Assembly (NCBI RefSeq): GCF_042231735.1
Contig: NZ_CP102577.1
Span: 3,167,281-3,231,280, forward strand
Source of the DNA: Corallococcus exercitus
GTDB taxonomy: Bacteria > Myxococcota > Myxococcia > Myxococcales > Myxococcaceae
Direction of reading: 5' to 3'
DNA: 64,000 nucleotides
Within the stretch, counting starts at the first letter, position 1, and the number at the start of each line of letters is the position of its first letter. Positions 17,001 through 25,607 of the stretch are shown here, piece after piece. The position numbers were made by a program, and so were the translations under genes. The notes beneath the pieces were generated by a model, which did no database searches, had not been told where the DNA came from, and saw only the letters and a list, made by a program, of their open reading frames with translations.

Positions 17001-18692
17001 GCCCGCACCACCGAGGAGCGCGACGCGCGCATCGCGGAGCTGCAGGCGCTCCATCAGGCCAAGGACGCGCTGGAGCAGGACCTCACCGGCCAGATTGGCC
17101 AGCTGCGCGCGGACCTGTCCGAGACGCAGGGGCTCTACGACGCGGAGCGCACCGCCCACGCGGCGCTCGCGGAGGAGACCACCGCGCGCATCAACGCCCT
17201 CACCGGCGAGCGCGACAACCTGTTCGCGGAGCTCAACGCCACGTCGCAGCAGCTGGCCGACACGCAGGGCCAGCTCGCCAGCACCCGCGACGCGCTGGCC
17301 CGCGAGGAGCAGGCCCACGCGCAGTCCCGCCAGGCCGCCGCCAGCGCCCAGGCGGAGCTCACGCGCCAGCTCACCGAGGCCCAGGCCAACGGCGAGGACC
17401 TGGCCGAACAGCTCATCGTCACCAAGCACGAGCTGGGCACGCGCGTGTCGGAAGTCACGCAGCTGTCCTCCACGCTCGCGCAGACGGAGGACGCGCGGCA
17501 CAACCTGGAGGACCGCCTCCAGACGCTCACCCACGAGTCGCAGCGCCGTGAGGAGCTCCTCCAGAACGAGGTCGACACCAAGGGCAAGGAGCTGTCGGAC
17601 ACGCTCCGCAAGCTCACGCACGTGACGCAGGAGAAGATGCGTCAGGCGGAGGTGCTCAACCGCGAGGTCTCCACCCGCACGGAGCAGGTCAAGCAGCTGG
17701 AAGGCCAGCTGGAGGCCCGGGCCGCCGAGGCGAAGAAGCAGGCGGACGCGCTCAACCAGCAGCTCGCGAACGTCTCCGGCGAGCTGGACGGCGCGCGCAA
17801 GGCCATCGCGGACCGCGACTCGCAGCTGCAGCAGGCCGCGCAGCAGCAGAAGAAGCTCACCAGCGAGCGCGACGGACTGGCCGGCCAGCTCCAGCAGGCC
17901 CAGGCCCAGGCCCAAGCGCAGGCCCAGCAGGCGCAGGCCGCCGCCGCCGAGGCGAAGAAGCAGGCCGACGACCTGTCCTCGAAGCTCGCGAAGGCGGAGC
18001 AGCGCATCGCGCAGCTCTCCCAGGAGGCCCAGAAGTTCGCCGCCGACACGGAGGCGAAGCTCAAGGAGGCCCAGGCCCAGCTGCAGGCCCGCACCAAGAA
18101 GGCCCAGGACCTGGAGCTGGCGCTGGAGAACGCCCAGAGCACCCGCGCCCGCGCGGAGAAGGACCTCAACGCCCGCGTCGCCGCGGCGGAGACCAAGGCC
18201 AACGAGGCGGCCGCGAAGCTCGCCAACGCGCAGAAGGAGCGCAAGGACCTGGAGGCCCGTCAGGCCAAGGAGCTGGAGGACCTCAACGCCAAGCAGAAGG
18301 CGGAGCTCGAGCGCCGCGAGTCCATCAAGGCCCAGGAGGTCGCCCGCCTCCAGACGTCCGTCCAGGAGAAGAGCAAGGCGCTCAAGGTCGCGGAGCTGGA
18401 GCTGGCCCGCTACAAGAGCAAGGCCCCCGCCGCCGCCGCGCCCGCCGCGAAGGGCGCCAAGGCCACCGAGGACGAGCACCTGGCCGCCACCGTCCAGGCG
18501 AACCCGGTCATCCCGGCCGCCGCCAAGCCCCCGGCGAAGGCCGCCGCCAGGCCCGCCGCGAAGAAGGCCGCCGCGGCCCCCGTCCCCGTGGACGAGGAGG
18601 CCCCGGAGCGCACCATGGTGATGCAGCTGCCCACCGCCCCCGAAGGCGGCGAGGACGACTGGACGGCGCTCGTCGACGAGCTCGACAAGTAG
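14094..18692 (+). CDS. aglZ: AglZ-like gliding-motility protein: N-terminal pseudo-receiver plus ~1400-aa coiled coil
   Basis: Residues 1-120 have a CheY-like fold but the phospho-acceptor position reads R (PDLVVVRAELPDQSG). The remainder is a continuous heptad-repeat coiled coil rich in E/L/Q/A/T, matching M. xanthus AglZ (~1400 aa), not the shorter FrzS. Confidence 0.7.
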   Translation: MKGFMERRVLIVESQNDFALSMASVLKSAGYNTAMATTASDAQRELEKRRPDLVVVRAELPDQSGFALCGQIKKGKWGQNLKVLLLSSDSGVEGLNKHRETPAAADGYLVIPFEMGELASMSAGIVPPGSDETDADLDAALSGAPREAPPPMPGVRTGAPPKLPKRERRSAMTDEDKAFMDRAFTSIADRKAELLAESRQLKRPPPRRELMGTPEGKIQILRDELKTREAQLARLSEIWSVRERELLSVEDRLHEKDVELQGLKMQVDDLLRRFNDAQQSIVQKEREHGATVDDLLLQKFSSEKDLIEVVASKEKDINVLRKEVNLRDEELSRRGADLENWRNEFDKLEKHLGVVTLEFEVKEQKLQDTVRANETEILQLRERGDQFESELSRTVSERDQRYAELDGELQALQERLTQTEQERDATVRGLEARATTAEEHASRSDAEIERLNAERAALEQRLTQQVADLESDIARVTGERDQLRLDKDALEADLTQRVEERDTKISALDRELQETIARNENSEAELNATIQQHRERIGELEGEVEAVKTHLEDRENELNGELQALQQAKDALEQDLTSQLEDLRAAKDALEADLNGQIQALTEQLDAAQRQGEQLSARVASLEDTVAQRDGTIEGLQTDVADRDARISELTGNLEATSQQLTETQGTLSSTEATLAETRGELEATSQQLSETQNTLSSTEGTLAETRGELEATSQTLADTQSRLAQTEETLSTTRGELEATSQTLATTEATLAQTQDTLARTEGTLADTQGTLASTEGTLAETRGELEATSQTLADTQSRLAQTEETLSTTRGELEATSQTLADTQATLSSTEGTLAETRGELEATSQTLTETQSKLAQTEGTLASTLSELEVTSTTLARTEATLADTQGTLARTEGTLADTQATLSSTEGTLAETRGELEATSQTLTQTQETLETTRGDLAKVTSHRDELDAELNETRDILQQTNGLLARTTEERDARIAELQALHQAKDALEQDLTGQIGQLRADLSETQGLYDAERTAHAALAEETTARINALTGERDNLFAELNATSQQLADTQGQLASTRDALAREEQAHAQSRQAAASAQAELTRQLTEAQANGEDLAEQLIVTKHELGTRVSEVTQLSSTLAQTEDARHNLEDRLQTLTHESQRREELLQNEVDTKGKELSDTLRKLTHVTQEKMRQAEVLNREVSTRTEQVKQLEGQLEARAAEAKKQADALNQQLANVSGELDGARKAIADRDSQLQQAAQQQKKLTSERDGLAGQLQQAQAQAQAQAQQAQAAAAEAKKQADDLSSKLAKAEQRIAQLSQEAQKFAADTEAKLKEAQAQLQARTKKAQDLELALENAQSTRARAEKDLNARVAAAETKANEAAAKLANAQKERKDLEARQAKELEDLNAKQKAELERRESIKAQEVARLQTSVQEKSKALKVAELELARYKSKAPAAAAPAAKGAKATEDEHLAATVQANPVIPAAAKPPAKAAARPAAKKAAAAPVPVDEEAPERTMVMQLPTAPEGGEDDWTALVDELDK
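16060..16910. repeat. In-frame tandem coiled-coil repeats inside aglZ (units TLAETRGELEATSQTL(A/T)(D/E)TQ..LAQTEETLSTTRGELEATSQTLA)
   Basis: Repeated gcggagacgcgcgg(c/t)gagctgga(a/g)gccaccagccag blocks. Includes a ~130-bp near-identical direct duplication at 16200-16330 and 16431-16562 (231 bp apart, in frame). Confidence 0.8.
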
Positions 18693-18703
18693 CCTCCGCC
18701 CCC

Positions 18704-18728
18704 GCCCTCCCCTCTCCCGGGAGGGCGC
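18704..18728 (+). terminator. GC-rich hairpin immediately after the aglZ stop (candidate intrinsic terminator)
   Basis: CGCCCTCCC-ctctccc-GGGAGGGCG, a 9-bp perfect stem 12 nt after TAG. No strong U-tract, which is common in high-GC genomes. Confidence 0.35.
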
Positions 18729-18757
18729 GTCCGCGGAAAGCAGCCGGAAACGACAAG

Positions 18758-18789
18758 GGCCCGCGCACTCCCAGGGAGTGCCGGGCCCT
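18758..18789 (-). terminator. Second hairpin in the convergent intergenic region (candidate terminator for the minus-strand small gene; bidirectional)
   Basis: GGGCCCG-cg-CACTC-ccagg-GAGTG-c-CGGGCCC nested stem. On the minus strand it is followed by CTTGTCGTTTCC. Confidence 0.3.
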
Positions 18790-18818
18790 TCGTCCCTCTC
18801 AAGACGGGTGCTGCCGGC

Positions 18819-19091
18819 TTAAAGCGCCGTGGCCGCCCGCGCCTCACGGATGAGGTCCCGGAAGTGCAGCGCGCCCACCACGTCCCGCACCACTGACACC
18901 GGCCGCCCCTCTTCCCGGGCCAGCGCCTGCGCCTGCCGCCAGCGCTCCAGCAACGTCCGCGTCGCGATGTACGCCAGCACGAGGGGGAAGCCCCCCGGCA
19001 TCACCACCACCAGCACCGCCATCGCCAGCTTCAGCCACGCCCACATGACCCGCGACCTCGTTCGTCCTGAGATTCGCCCGCATAGATGCAC
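18819..19091 (-). CDS. Hypothetical small membrane protein
   Basis: 90-aa ORF with one hydrophobic helix (WAWLKLAMAVLVVVMPGGFPLVLAYIA) and high GC3; no recognisable family. Confidence 0.3.
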   Translation of the reverse strand: MHLCGRISGRTRSRVMWAWLKLAMAVLVVVMPGGFPLVLAYIATRTLLERWRQAQALAREEGRPVSVVRDVVGALHFRDLIREARAATAL

Positions 19092-19237
19092 GGTGCATGC
19101 CCACGGTGCGAAAATATTTACGCACTCTGATTCCGCGGGGTTACAGCTCCCAAGGCCCTCAAGAGTGCGGACGGCGCCCCCACAACCCTGGCATTTTTGC
19201 CGCAGTCGGCGGGAAACCGTCGGTTAAGTTGACGGGT

Positions 19238-20179
19238 GTGAGCCCCCCTCAACTGACTCCGGAGATTCGCTCGTTCACCAGCGTGGAGGACGCGGCGCGT
19301 CGCCTGGAGGCGGTGGGCTACCTGTCGTCTCCCGAGATCGCCACCGCCGTGTTCCTGGCGGACCGGATGGGCAAGCCCATCCTGGTGGAGGGCCCGGCGG
19401 GGGTGGGCAAGACGGAGCTGGCCAAGGCCCTGGCGCAGGCGCTGGACCGGACCTTCCTCCGCCTCCAGTGCTACGAGGGCCTGGACGAGGCGAAGGCCCT
19501 CTACGAGTGGGAGTACGCCAAGCAGCTGCTCTACACGCAGCTGCTCAAGGACAAGATTGGCGAGCTGACGCAGGGCACGTCCACGCTGGCGGAGGCCGCG
19601 GACCGGCTCGCGTCCGGCGACGCGGTGTTCTTCTCCGAGCGCTTCCTCCTCCCCCGCCCCATCCTCCAGGCCCAGCTGTCGGACACGCCGGCCCTGCTGC
19701 TGGTGGACGAAATCGACAAGGCGGATCCGGAGTTCGAGGCCTTCCTGCTGGAGGTCCTCTCTGACAACGCTGTCACGGTGCCGGAGCTGGGCACCATCCG
19801 GGCGAAGCACGTCCCCCGCGTCATCCTCACCAGCAACAACGCCCGCGAGCTGTCCGACGCGCTCAAGCGCCGCTGCCTGCACCTGCACATCGACTTCCCG
19901 GACCGCGAGCGCGAGCTGAAAATCGTCCGCTCGCGCCTGCCGGAGGTCCCCCAGGTGCTGGCCGAGCAGGTGGTGGAGGCCGTGGCCGCCATCCGCGCGT
20001 TGGATTTGAAGAAGGCCCCGTCCATCAGCGAGACGCTGGACTGGGCGCAGAGCCTGGCGCTGCTCAACGCCGAAGCGCTGAGCTCGGACGTCGTCGCCGC
20101 CACGCTCAACCTCGTCCTCAAATACGAGGGCGACATCGAGAAGGCCCGCGCCAACCTGCCCACCATCGCCCAGGCCTGA
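19238..20179 (+). CDS. MoxR-family AAA+ ATPase
   Basis: PILVEGPAGVGKTELAKALA (Walker A), LLVDEIDKA (Walker B) and MoxR-type C-terminal region. GTG start at 19238 chosen (VSPPQLTPEI...); the ORF opens in frame at 19097. Confidence 0.8.
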   Translation: MSPPQLTPEIRSFTSVEDAARRLEAVGYLSSPEIATAVFLADRMGKPILVEGPAGVGKTELAKALAQALDRTFLRLQCYEGLDEAKALYEWEYAKQLLYTQLLKDKIGELTQGTSTLAEAADRLASGDAVFFSERFLLPRPILQAQLSDTPALLLVDEIDKADPEFEAFLLEVLSDNAVTVPELGTIRAKHVPRVILTSNNARELSDALKRRCLHLHIDFPDRERELKIVRSRLPEVPQVLAEQVVEAVAAIRALDLKKAPSISETLDWAQSLALLNAEALSSDVVAATLNLVLKYEGDIEKARANLPTIAQA

Positions 20180-20207
20180 CGCAGGGCGCCGCGCGGGAAG
20201 CGTCATG

Positions 20208-20232
20208 GAACGCCATTCGTTGGCGTTTCACG
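20208..20232 (+). terminator. Hairpin plus T-run after the MoxR gene
   Basis: GAACGCCA-ttcgt-TGGCGTT followed by tcacgcTTTgag. Confidence 0.3.
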
Positions 20233-20302
20233 CTTTGAGTCCCCAGGGTGCCTGGGTACAAGGCCCAGGCCGTCCCACCCCTAGCCCGAGAGGAACTTCC
20301 CG

Positions 20303-21253
20303 ATGAGCTCGACCTCATCCACCGTGCTGCGCGCCGAACACATCTGGCTCGATGGGAAGCTGATGAAATGGGACGAGGGCAACGTGCACGTGATGACGCA
20401 CGCCCTCCACTACGGCCTGGGCGTCTTCGAGGGCATCCGCGCCTACAAGACCCACGATGGCCGGCTCGCCGTCTTCCGGCTGCGCGAGCACATCCGCCGC
20501 CTGCTCGACTCCGCGCACATCATCATGCTGCAGATGCCCTACAGCGAAGACGAGCTGGTGGAGGCCACGCTGGAGCTCCTGCGCAAGCAGAAGGCACAGT
20601 TCGCCAACGGCGCCTACCTGCGCCCGGTGGCCTTCATGGGCGACGGCGCCATGGGCCTGGGCGCGGTGAACCCCACCCGCGTGGGCATCACCGCCTGGGA
20701 CTGGGGCGCGTACCTGGGCGACAAGGGCATCAAGGAAGGCATCCGCGCCAAGGTCAGCTCCTTCACGCGCAACCACGTGAACGTGAACATGGTGCGCGGC
20801 AAGATCACCGGCCAGTACGTCAACTCCATCCTCGCCAAGCGCGAGGCGGTGCTCGCCGGCTACGACGAGGCCATCCTCCTGGACATCAGCGGCTTCGTCG
20901 CGGAGGCCTCCGGCGAGAACATCTTCATGGTGAACAAGAAGGGCGTCATCAAGACCCCGCCCCTCTCGTCCCCCGTGCTGGACGGCATCACCCGCGACAC
21001 GGTGCTGAAGCTGCTGCGCGACGCCGGCCACACCACCATCGAGGAAGTCACGGTCACCCGTGACGCCCTCTACATCGCCAACGAGGTCTTCTTCACCGGC
21101 ACCGCCGCGGAGATCACCCCCGTGCGCGAGGTGGACAACCGCCAGATTGGCGACGGCAAGCCCGGCCCCATCAGCCGGTTCGTCCAGGACATGTACTTCC
21201 GCGTCGTGCGGGGCCAGGAAGCCCGCTATGCGGACTGGCTGACCTACGTTTGA
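20303..21253 (+). CDS. ilvE: Branched-chain amino acid aminotransferase (class IV PLP enzyme)
   Basis: GLGVFEGIRAY and the EAFFTGTAAEITPV region; full-length match to the IlvE family (316 aa). Confidence 0.85.
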   Translation: MSSTSSTVLRAEHIWLDGKLMKWDEGNVHVMTHALHYGLGVFEGIRAYKTHDGRLAVFRLREHIRRLLDSAHIIMLQMPYSEDELVEATLELLRKQKAQFANGAYLRPVAFMGDGAMGLGAVNPTRVGITAWDWGAYLGDKGIKEGIRAKVSSFTRNHVNVNMVRGKITGQYVNSILAKREAVLAGYDEAILLDISGFVAEASGENIFMVNKKGVIKTPPLSSPVLDGITRDTVLKLLRDAGHTTIEEVTVTRDALYIANEVFFTGTAAEITPVREVDNRQIGDGKPGPISRFVQDMYFRVVRGQEARYADWLTYV

Positions 21254-21312
21254 GGACAGTCGGCGGACGTGAAGTCCCGGCGGACGGGGGAATCGGGTAG
21301 AACCCGTACCCG

Positions 21313-22650
21313 ATGCCTCCCGCCGGCTACGCGTACGAAGACAATCCGTTCAAGCTGGAGAACCCGTCCGTCCTCGACATCGCTCCCTCGGAGCCGAAGT
21401 CGCTGGAGGACACGGGCCTGAGGATGGGTCTGCTCGCGGACCTGGGCCTCAAGTTCCTCTACTACGCCGGCACCGGGACGGGCGTGGCCATCGCGGAGAG
21501 CATGTGCCTGCCCTGGTCCGGCGTGGTGGAGCACGTGGTGGACTTCCTCGCCGCGGAGAAGCTCGTGGACCTGCGCGGCGGCAAGGGCTTTGGCCGCGCC
21601 TCCGTGGAGTTCGCCCTCACGGAGAAGGGCCGCGAGTACGCGCGTGACGCCCTCACCCGCTCCACCTACGTGGGCCCCGCCCCGGTCCCCATCGAGCAGT
21701 ACAACGCCCTCATCAGCAGCCAGACGGAGGAGACGCCCGTCGTGGGCCAGGAGGACCTGGTCGCCGCCCTGGGCCACCTCACCGTCCCCGCGGAGCTGAT
21801 GGACAAGCTGGGCCCGGCCGTGAACTCCGGCCGCTCCCTCTTCCTCTACGGCCCACCGGGCAACGGCAAGACGAGCCTCGCGGAGGCCATCTCGCACATG
21901 TTCGGCGGCGAGGTCTTCGTCCCGCACTGCCTCGAGATCGACAACCAGATCATCAAGGTCTTCGACCGGATCATCCACACGCCCGTGTCGCTGGAGATCG
22001 GCCGCGACGCCAACGGCCGCCGGCAGACCTTCGAGATGGACAAGCGCTGGTCGCTCTGCCGGCGCCCCGCGGTGGTGGTGGGCGGCGAGCTGACGCTGGA
22101 GACGCTGGATCTCATCTACTCGGAGAGCACCCGCTTCTACGAGGCGCCGTTCCAGGTGAAGGCCAACGGCGGCATGCTCCTCATCGACGACTTCGGCCGC
22201 CAGAAGGTCCACCCCACGGACCTGCTCAACCGCTGGATTGTCCCCCTGGAGAAGCGGGTGGACTTCCTCACCCTGCACACCGGCAAGAAGTTCGAGATTC
22301 CGTTCGATCAGCTCCTCGTCTTCTCCACCAACCTGGACCCCAAGGAGCTGGTGGACGAGGCCTTCCTGCGGCGCATCAAGTACAAGATTGAAGTGGGCAA
22401 CCCGGACGAGGAGTCCTACCGGGAGATCTTCCGCCGGGTGTGCGAGGCGGCGGGCATCCCCTACGTGGACCAGGCCATCACCTACCTGGTGGAGCACTAC
22501 TACAAGCCGCGCAGCATGGAGATGCGCTCCTGCCACCCCCGCGACCTCGTGTCGCTCATCCGGGACGCGGCCCGATACCGGCAAATCCCGCCAGCCCTTT
22601 CAAAAGACCTGCTCGACCAGGCGTGCGAGGTGTTCCTGGTGAATCTCTAG
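21313..22650 (+). CDS. AAA+ family ATPase with N-terminal winged-helix-like domain (uncharacterised subfamily)
   Basis: Walker A LFLYGPPGNGKTSLAEAI, Walker B LLIDDFGRQ and a sensor/arginine region. The ~160-aa N-terminal domain is of unknown type. Confidence 0.6.
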   Translation: MPPAGYAYEDNPFKLENPSVLDIAPSEPKSLEDTGLRMGLLADLGLKFLYYAGTGTGVAIAESMCLPWSGVVEHVVDFLAAEKLVDLRGGKGFGRASVEFALTEKGREYARDALTRSTYVGPAPVPIEQYNALISSQTEETPVVGQEDLVAALGHLTVPAELMDKLGPAVNSGRSLFLYGPPGNGKTSLAEAISHMFGGEVFVPHCLEIDNQIIKVFDRIIHTPVSLEIGRDANGRRQTFEMDKRWSLCRRPAVVVGGELTLETLDLIYSESTRFYEAPFQVKANGGMLLIDDFGRQKVHPTDLLNRWIVPLEKRVDFLTLHTGKKFEIPFDQLLVFSTNLDPKELVDEAFLRRIKYKIEVGNPDEESYREIFRRVCEAAGIPYVDQAITYLVEHYYKPRSMEMRSCHPRDLVSLIRDAARYRQIPPALSKDLLDQACEVFLVNL

Positions 22651-22771
22651 TCGGGTTTTATTTGTTCCAACCGCGCGGAATTTCTAGACTCCGCGTGCCG
22701 TTGTACCTCCCGGCGCAGCCTCTTGAGAATCAGCGCCCGGGGCGGGCCGGAGCGAGAAGGAGCCGCAGTCC

Positions 22772-23611
22772 GTGAAGGAACGCTACCAGGACATCGACGA
22801 GAAGAACGAGCAGCTGCGCGAGTACCTTGAGATCTACAAGGACAAGCAGCCCGCGCGTGAGTTCCTCGACCGCTTCGAGATGTCGTGGATCTACCACGAC
22901 GCCGCGCTCGAAGGCGTCGTGTACACGCACCAGGAGCTGATGGCCGCGCTCTTCCCGGAGCGCACCGCGGCGGAAGCCTCCATGATCCCGGTGGTGCTGG
23001 AGATCCGCAACCACAAGGCGGTGGCGGACTACATCCGCGAGGAGGCCGCGGGCGCGAAGAAGCAGTCGCAGCTCACGCTCACCACCATCAAGCGGATGCA
23101 CGACCTCTTCCTGGGCAACACGCCGGAAGCCCTGGCCGAGCGTGCGCGCATGGAGCGCCGCGAGCGCACGGAGAAGGAGCTGGCCAAGGAGCGTGACCGC
23201 GCGGGACTGCGCAAGGACATGCCCCTGCACCGCACCTACTTCCACGACATCACCCAGCCCGCGAAGATCCAGGCGCGGCTGGAGAAGCTCGTGGACCACA
23301 CCGCCAGCGCGGAGTTCCGCGAGTTCCACCCCATCAAGCAGGCGGCGGTGGTGCAGCACGAGTTCCTGCAGATCTTCCCCTTCACCGAGCACAGCGGGAA
23401 GGTGGGGCGCATGTGCAGCAACCTCATCCTGCTGCGCAACGGCTACATGCCCGCGGTCATCCACTCCATCGACCGGCAGCGCTACTACGAGTCCTTCCGC
23501 GCGCCCGTGGCCACGTTCCGCACGGTGCTGATGGACGCGATGGAGAACTCGCTCGACAACGGCGTGAAGTACTTCCGCGACCTGGGTCGCAAGTACAAGA
23601 CCGTCGAGTAG
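22772..23611 (+). CDS. Fic/DOC-fold protein with degenerate active-site motif
   Basis: FHPIKQAAVVQHEFLQIFPFTEHSGKVGRMCSN aligns to the Fic core HPFx(D/E)GNGRxxR, but the catalytic His is F and GNGR reads HSGK. GTG start with GAAGGAG RBS. Confidence 0.5.
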   Translation: MKERYQDIDEKNEQLREYLEIYKDKQPAREFLDRFEMSWIYHDAALEGVVYTHQELMAALFPERTAAEASMIPVVLEIRNHKAVADYIREEAAGAKKQSQLTLTTIKRMHDLFLGNTPEALAERARMERRERTEKELAKERDRAGLRKDMPLHRTYFHDITQPAKIQARLEKLVDHTASAEFREFHPIKQAAVVQHEFLQIFPFTEHSGKVGRMCSNLILLRNGYMPAVIHSIDRQRYYESFRAPVATFRTVLMDAMENSLDNGVKYFRDLGRKYKTVE

Positions 23612-23638
23612 CGGCAGAAGAGAGACGAAGTCGAAGCC

Positions 23639-24472
23639 GTGCGCATCGGGGCTCATGAATCCATCGCTGGCGGCGTGAGCCAGGCCTTCCAGCGAGCCGA
23701 AGCGCACGGCGCCCGCGCCCTGCAGATCTTCACGAAGAACGCGCGGGGCTGGAGCGCCCCCGCGCTGACGGACGCGGAAGCCCAGGCCTTCCGCGCCGAG
23801 GCCCGCCGCACGGGCCTCCCCGTCATCGCCCACGGCAGCTACCTGGTGAACCTTGCCGGCGAAGTGCCGGAGGCGCGCGAGAAGTCGCTCGCGTGCGTCA
23901 CCGAGGAGCTCACCCGCTGCGAGCGCCTGGGCATCCCGCTGCTCATCCTCCACCCCGGCTCGCACCCGGATGAAGCGCGCGGCCTCAAGCGCATCGCCGA
24001 AGCGCTGGACGAGGTGCACCGCCGCTGCCCCGGCTTCCAGGCCCGCGTCTGCCTGGAGGTGACCGCGGGCCAGGGCAACGCGCTGGGCTGGCGCTTCGAG
24101 CACCTCGAGGAGCTGCTCTGCCGCGTCGCGGACGAGGCGCGGCTGGCGGTGTGCCTGGACACGTGCCACCTGTTCGCGGCGGGCTACGACCTGCGGACGC
24201 CCAGGGGCTACGCGGCGGTAATGGACGAGTGCGACCGCCGGGTGGGCCTGGACCGCGTGCGCGCCTTCCACCTCAACGACTGTAAGAAAGACCTGGGTTG
24301 CCGGGTGGACCGCCACGAGGAACCTGGCAAGGGAGCAATCGGACTGACGGCCTTCCGCTGCCTCATGAAGGATGCGCGGTTCGTCGACACCATTGGGGTG
24401 CTGGAAACACCCTTTCCGGAACGTTATGGGGAGAACATCCGACTTCTCGAATCCCTGTGCCGGAGGAAGTAA
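23639..24472 (+). CDS. nfo: Endonuclease IV (AP endonuclease, xylose-isomerase-like TIM barrel)
   Basis: RIGAHESIAGG, HGSYLVNLA, ILHPGSH and CLDTCHLFAAGYD conserved blocks. Confidence 0.85.
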   Translation: MRIGAHESIAGGVSQAFQRAEAHGARALQIFTKNARGWSAPALTDAEAQAFRAEARRTGLPVIAHGSYLVNLAGEVPEAREKSLACVTEELTRCERLGIPLLILHPGSHPDEARGLKRIAEALDEVHRRCPGFQARVCLEVTAGQGNALGWRFEHLEELLCRVADEARLAVCLDTCHLFAAGYDLRTPRGYAAVMDECDRRVGLDRVRAFHLNDCKKDLGCRVDRHEEPGKGAIGLTAFRCLMKDARFVDTIGVLETPFPERYGENIRLLESLCRRK

Positions 24473-24485
24473 AAGAAGAGTCCCC

Positions 24486-25607
24486 ATGCCTTTGACCCCG
24501 TCCCTCCAAAGCCGCCGCGCCCAGCTTCCCGCCGGGAGCGAGCTCACGGAGCCTCCGCCAGCGCGTCTGGCGAAGCTGCCGGCCGCCGACAAGCTGGGCC
24601 GCTTGCTCCAGGTGGCCAAGGGCCATCGCCGGGCGCTCATCCTGACGCACGACAACCCGGACCCCGACTCCATGGCGGCGGCGGTGTCGCTCGCCCACCT
24701 GCTGGAGCGCAAGGCCGGCATCGAGGCCCAGGTGGGCTACGGCGGCATCATCGGACGCGCGGAGAACGTCGCGTTCGTGCGCGTGCTGCGGCTGCCGGTG
24801 TCGCACGTGTCGCAGCTCGACTTCAGCCAGTACGACCTCTTCGGCCTGGTGGACACGCAGCCGCCGGTGCGCAACCACTCGCTGCCGGCGCGCTACCGCG
24901 CGGACCTGGTGGTGGACCATCACCCGCTGCGCGAGGAGAGCCTGCTGGCCCCCTTCGCGGACGTGGGCGGCGACTTCGGCGCCACCTCCACGATGCTGGT
25001 GGAGTACCTGCGCGCCGCCCGGCTGGAGCCGTCCGTGGAGATCGCCACCGCGCTCTTCTACGGCATCAAGGCGGACACGCGGGACCTGGGCCGTGAGACG
25101 ACCCAGACGGACGTGGACAGCTACCTGTGGCTGTTCCCCCGCTGTGACAAGCAGCTGCTGGGACAGATTGAGCACCCGGAGCTGCCCGCGCGCTTCTTCC
25201 AGCTGTTCCACACGTCCATCGAGAAGGCGAAGGTCTACGGCACCGCCATCATCACCGACCTGGAGGAGGTCTACTCCCCGGACATGGTGGCGGAGGTCGC
25301 GGAGCGGATGATGTACCTCGAAGGGATGAAGTGGTCCCTGGCGTACGGCACGTTCCGCAACCAGCTCTTCCTGAGCCTGCGGGTGAAGGACCGGCGCATG
25401 AACGCGGGCCGCCTCATCCGCGAGCTGTGTGACGACCTGGGCGGCTCCTCCGGCGGCCACGGCAGCATGGCGGGCGCGCGGCTGCCGCTGTCCGGCAGCG
25501 CGAACAAGCGCAAGGCGCTCAAGCGCGAGGTGGTGTCGCGCTTCCTCGAGGCCTTCGGCGTCGCCGAGGAGCGGCCGAAGTCGCTGCTGTCCGCGCAGGA
25601 CACGTGA
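24486..25607 (+). CDS. nrnA: DHH-family phosphoesterase, NrnA-like (oligoribonuclease/pAp phosphatase)
   Basis: DHH motif ILTHDNPDPDSMAAAVSLA and DHHA1 GGGH motif (GGSSGGHGS). ATG at 24486 chosen; the ORF opens at 24372. Confidence 0.75.
   Translation: MPLTPSLQSRRAQLPAGSELTEPPPARLAKLPAADKLGRLLQVAKGHRRALILTHDNPDPDSMAAAVSLAHLLERKAGIEAQVGYGGIIGRAENVAFVRVLRLPVSHVSQLDFSQYDLFGLVDTQPPVRNHSLPARYRADLVVDHHPLREESLLAPFADVGGDFGATSTMLVEYLRAARLEPSVEIATALFYGIKADTRDLGRETTQTDVDSYLWLFPRCDKQLLGQIEHPELPARFFQLFHTSIEKAKVYGTAIITDLEEVYSPDMVAEVAERMMYLEGMKWSLAYGTFRNQLFLSLRVKDRRMNAGRLIRELCDDLGGSSGGHGSMAGARLPLSGSANKRKALKREVVSRFLEAFGVAEERPKSLLSAQDT

Noticed and set aside
22772-23611. Calling this a functional Fic AMPylase or toxin
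   Set aside because: The catalytic His of the Fic motif is replaced (FPFTEHSGKVGR), so only a Fic-fold or pseudo-Fic call is supported.
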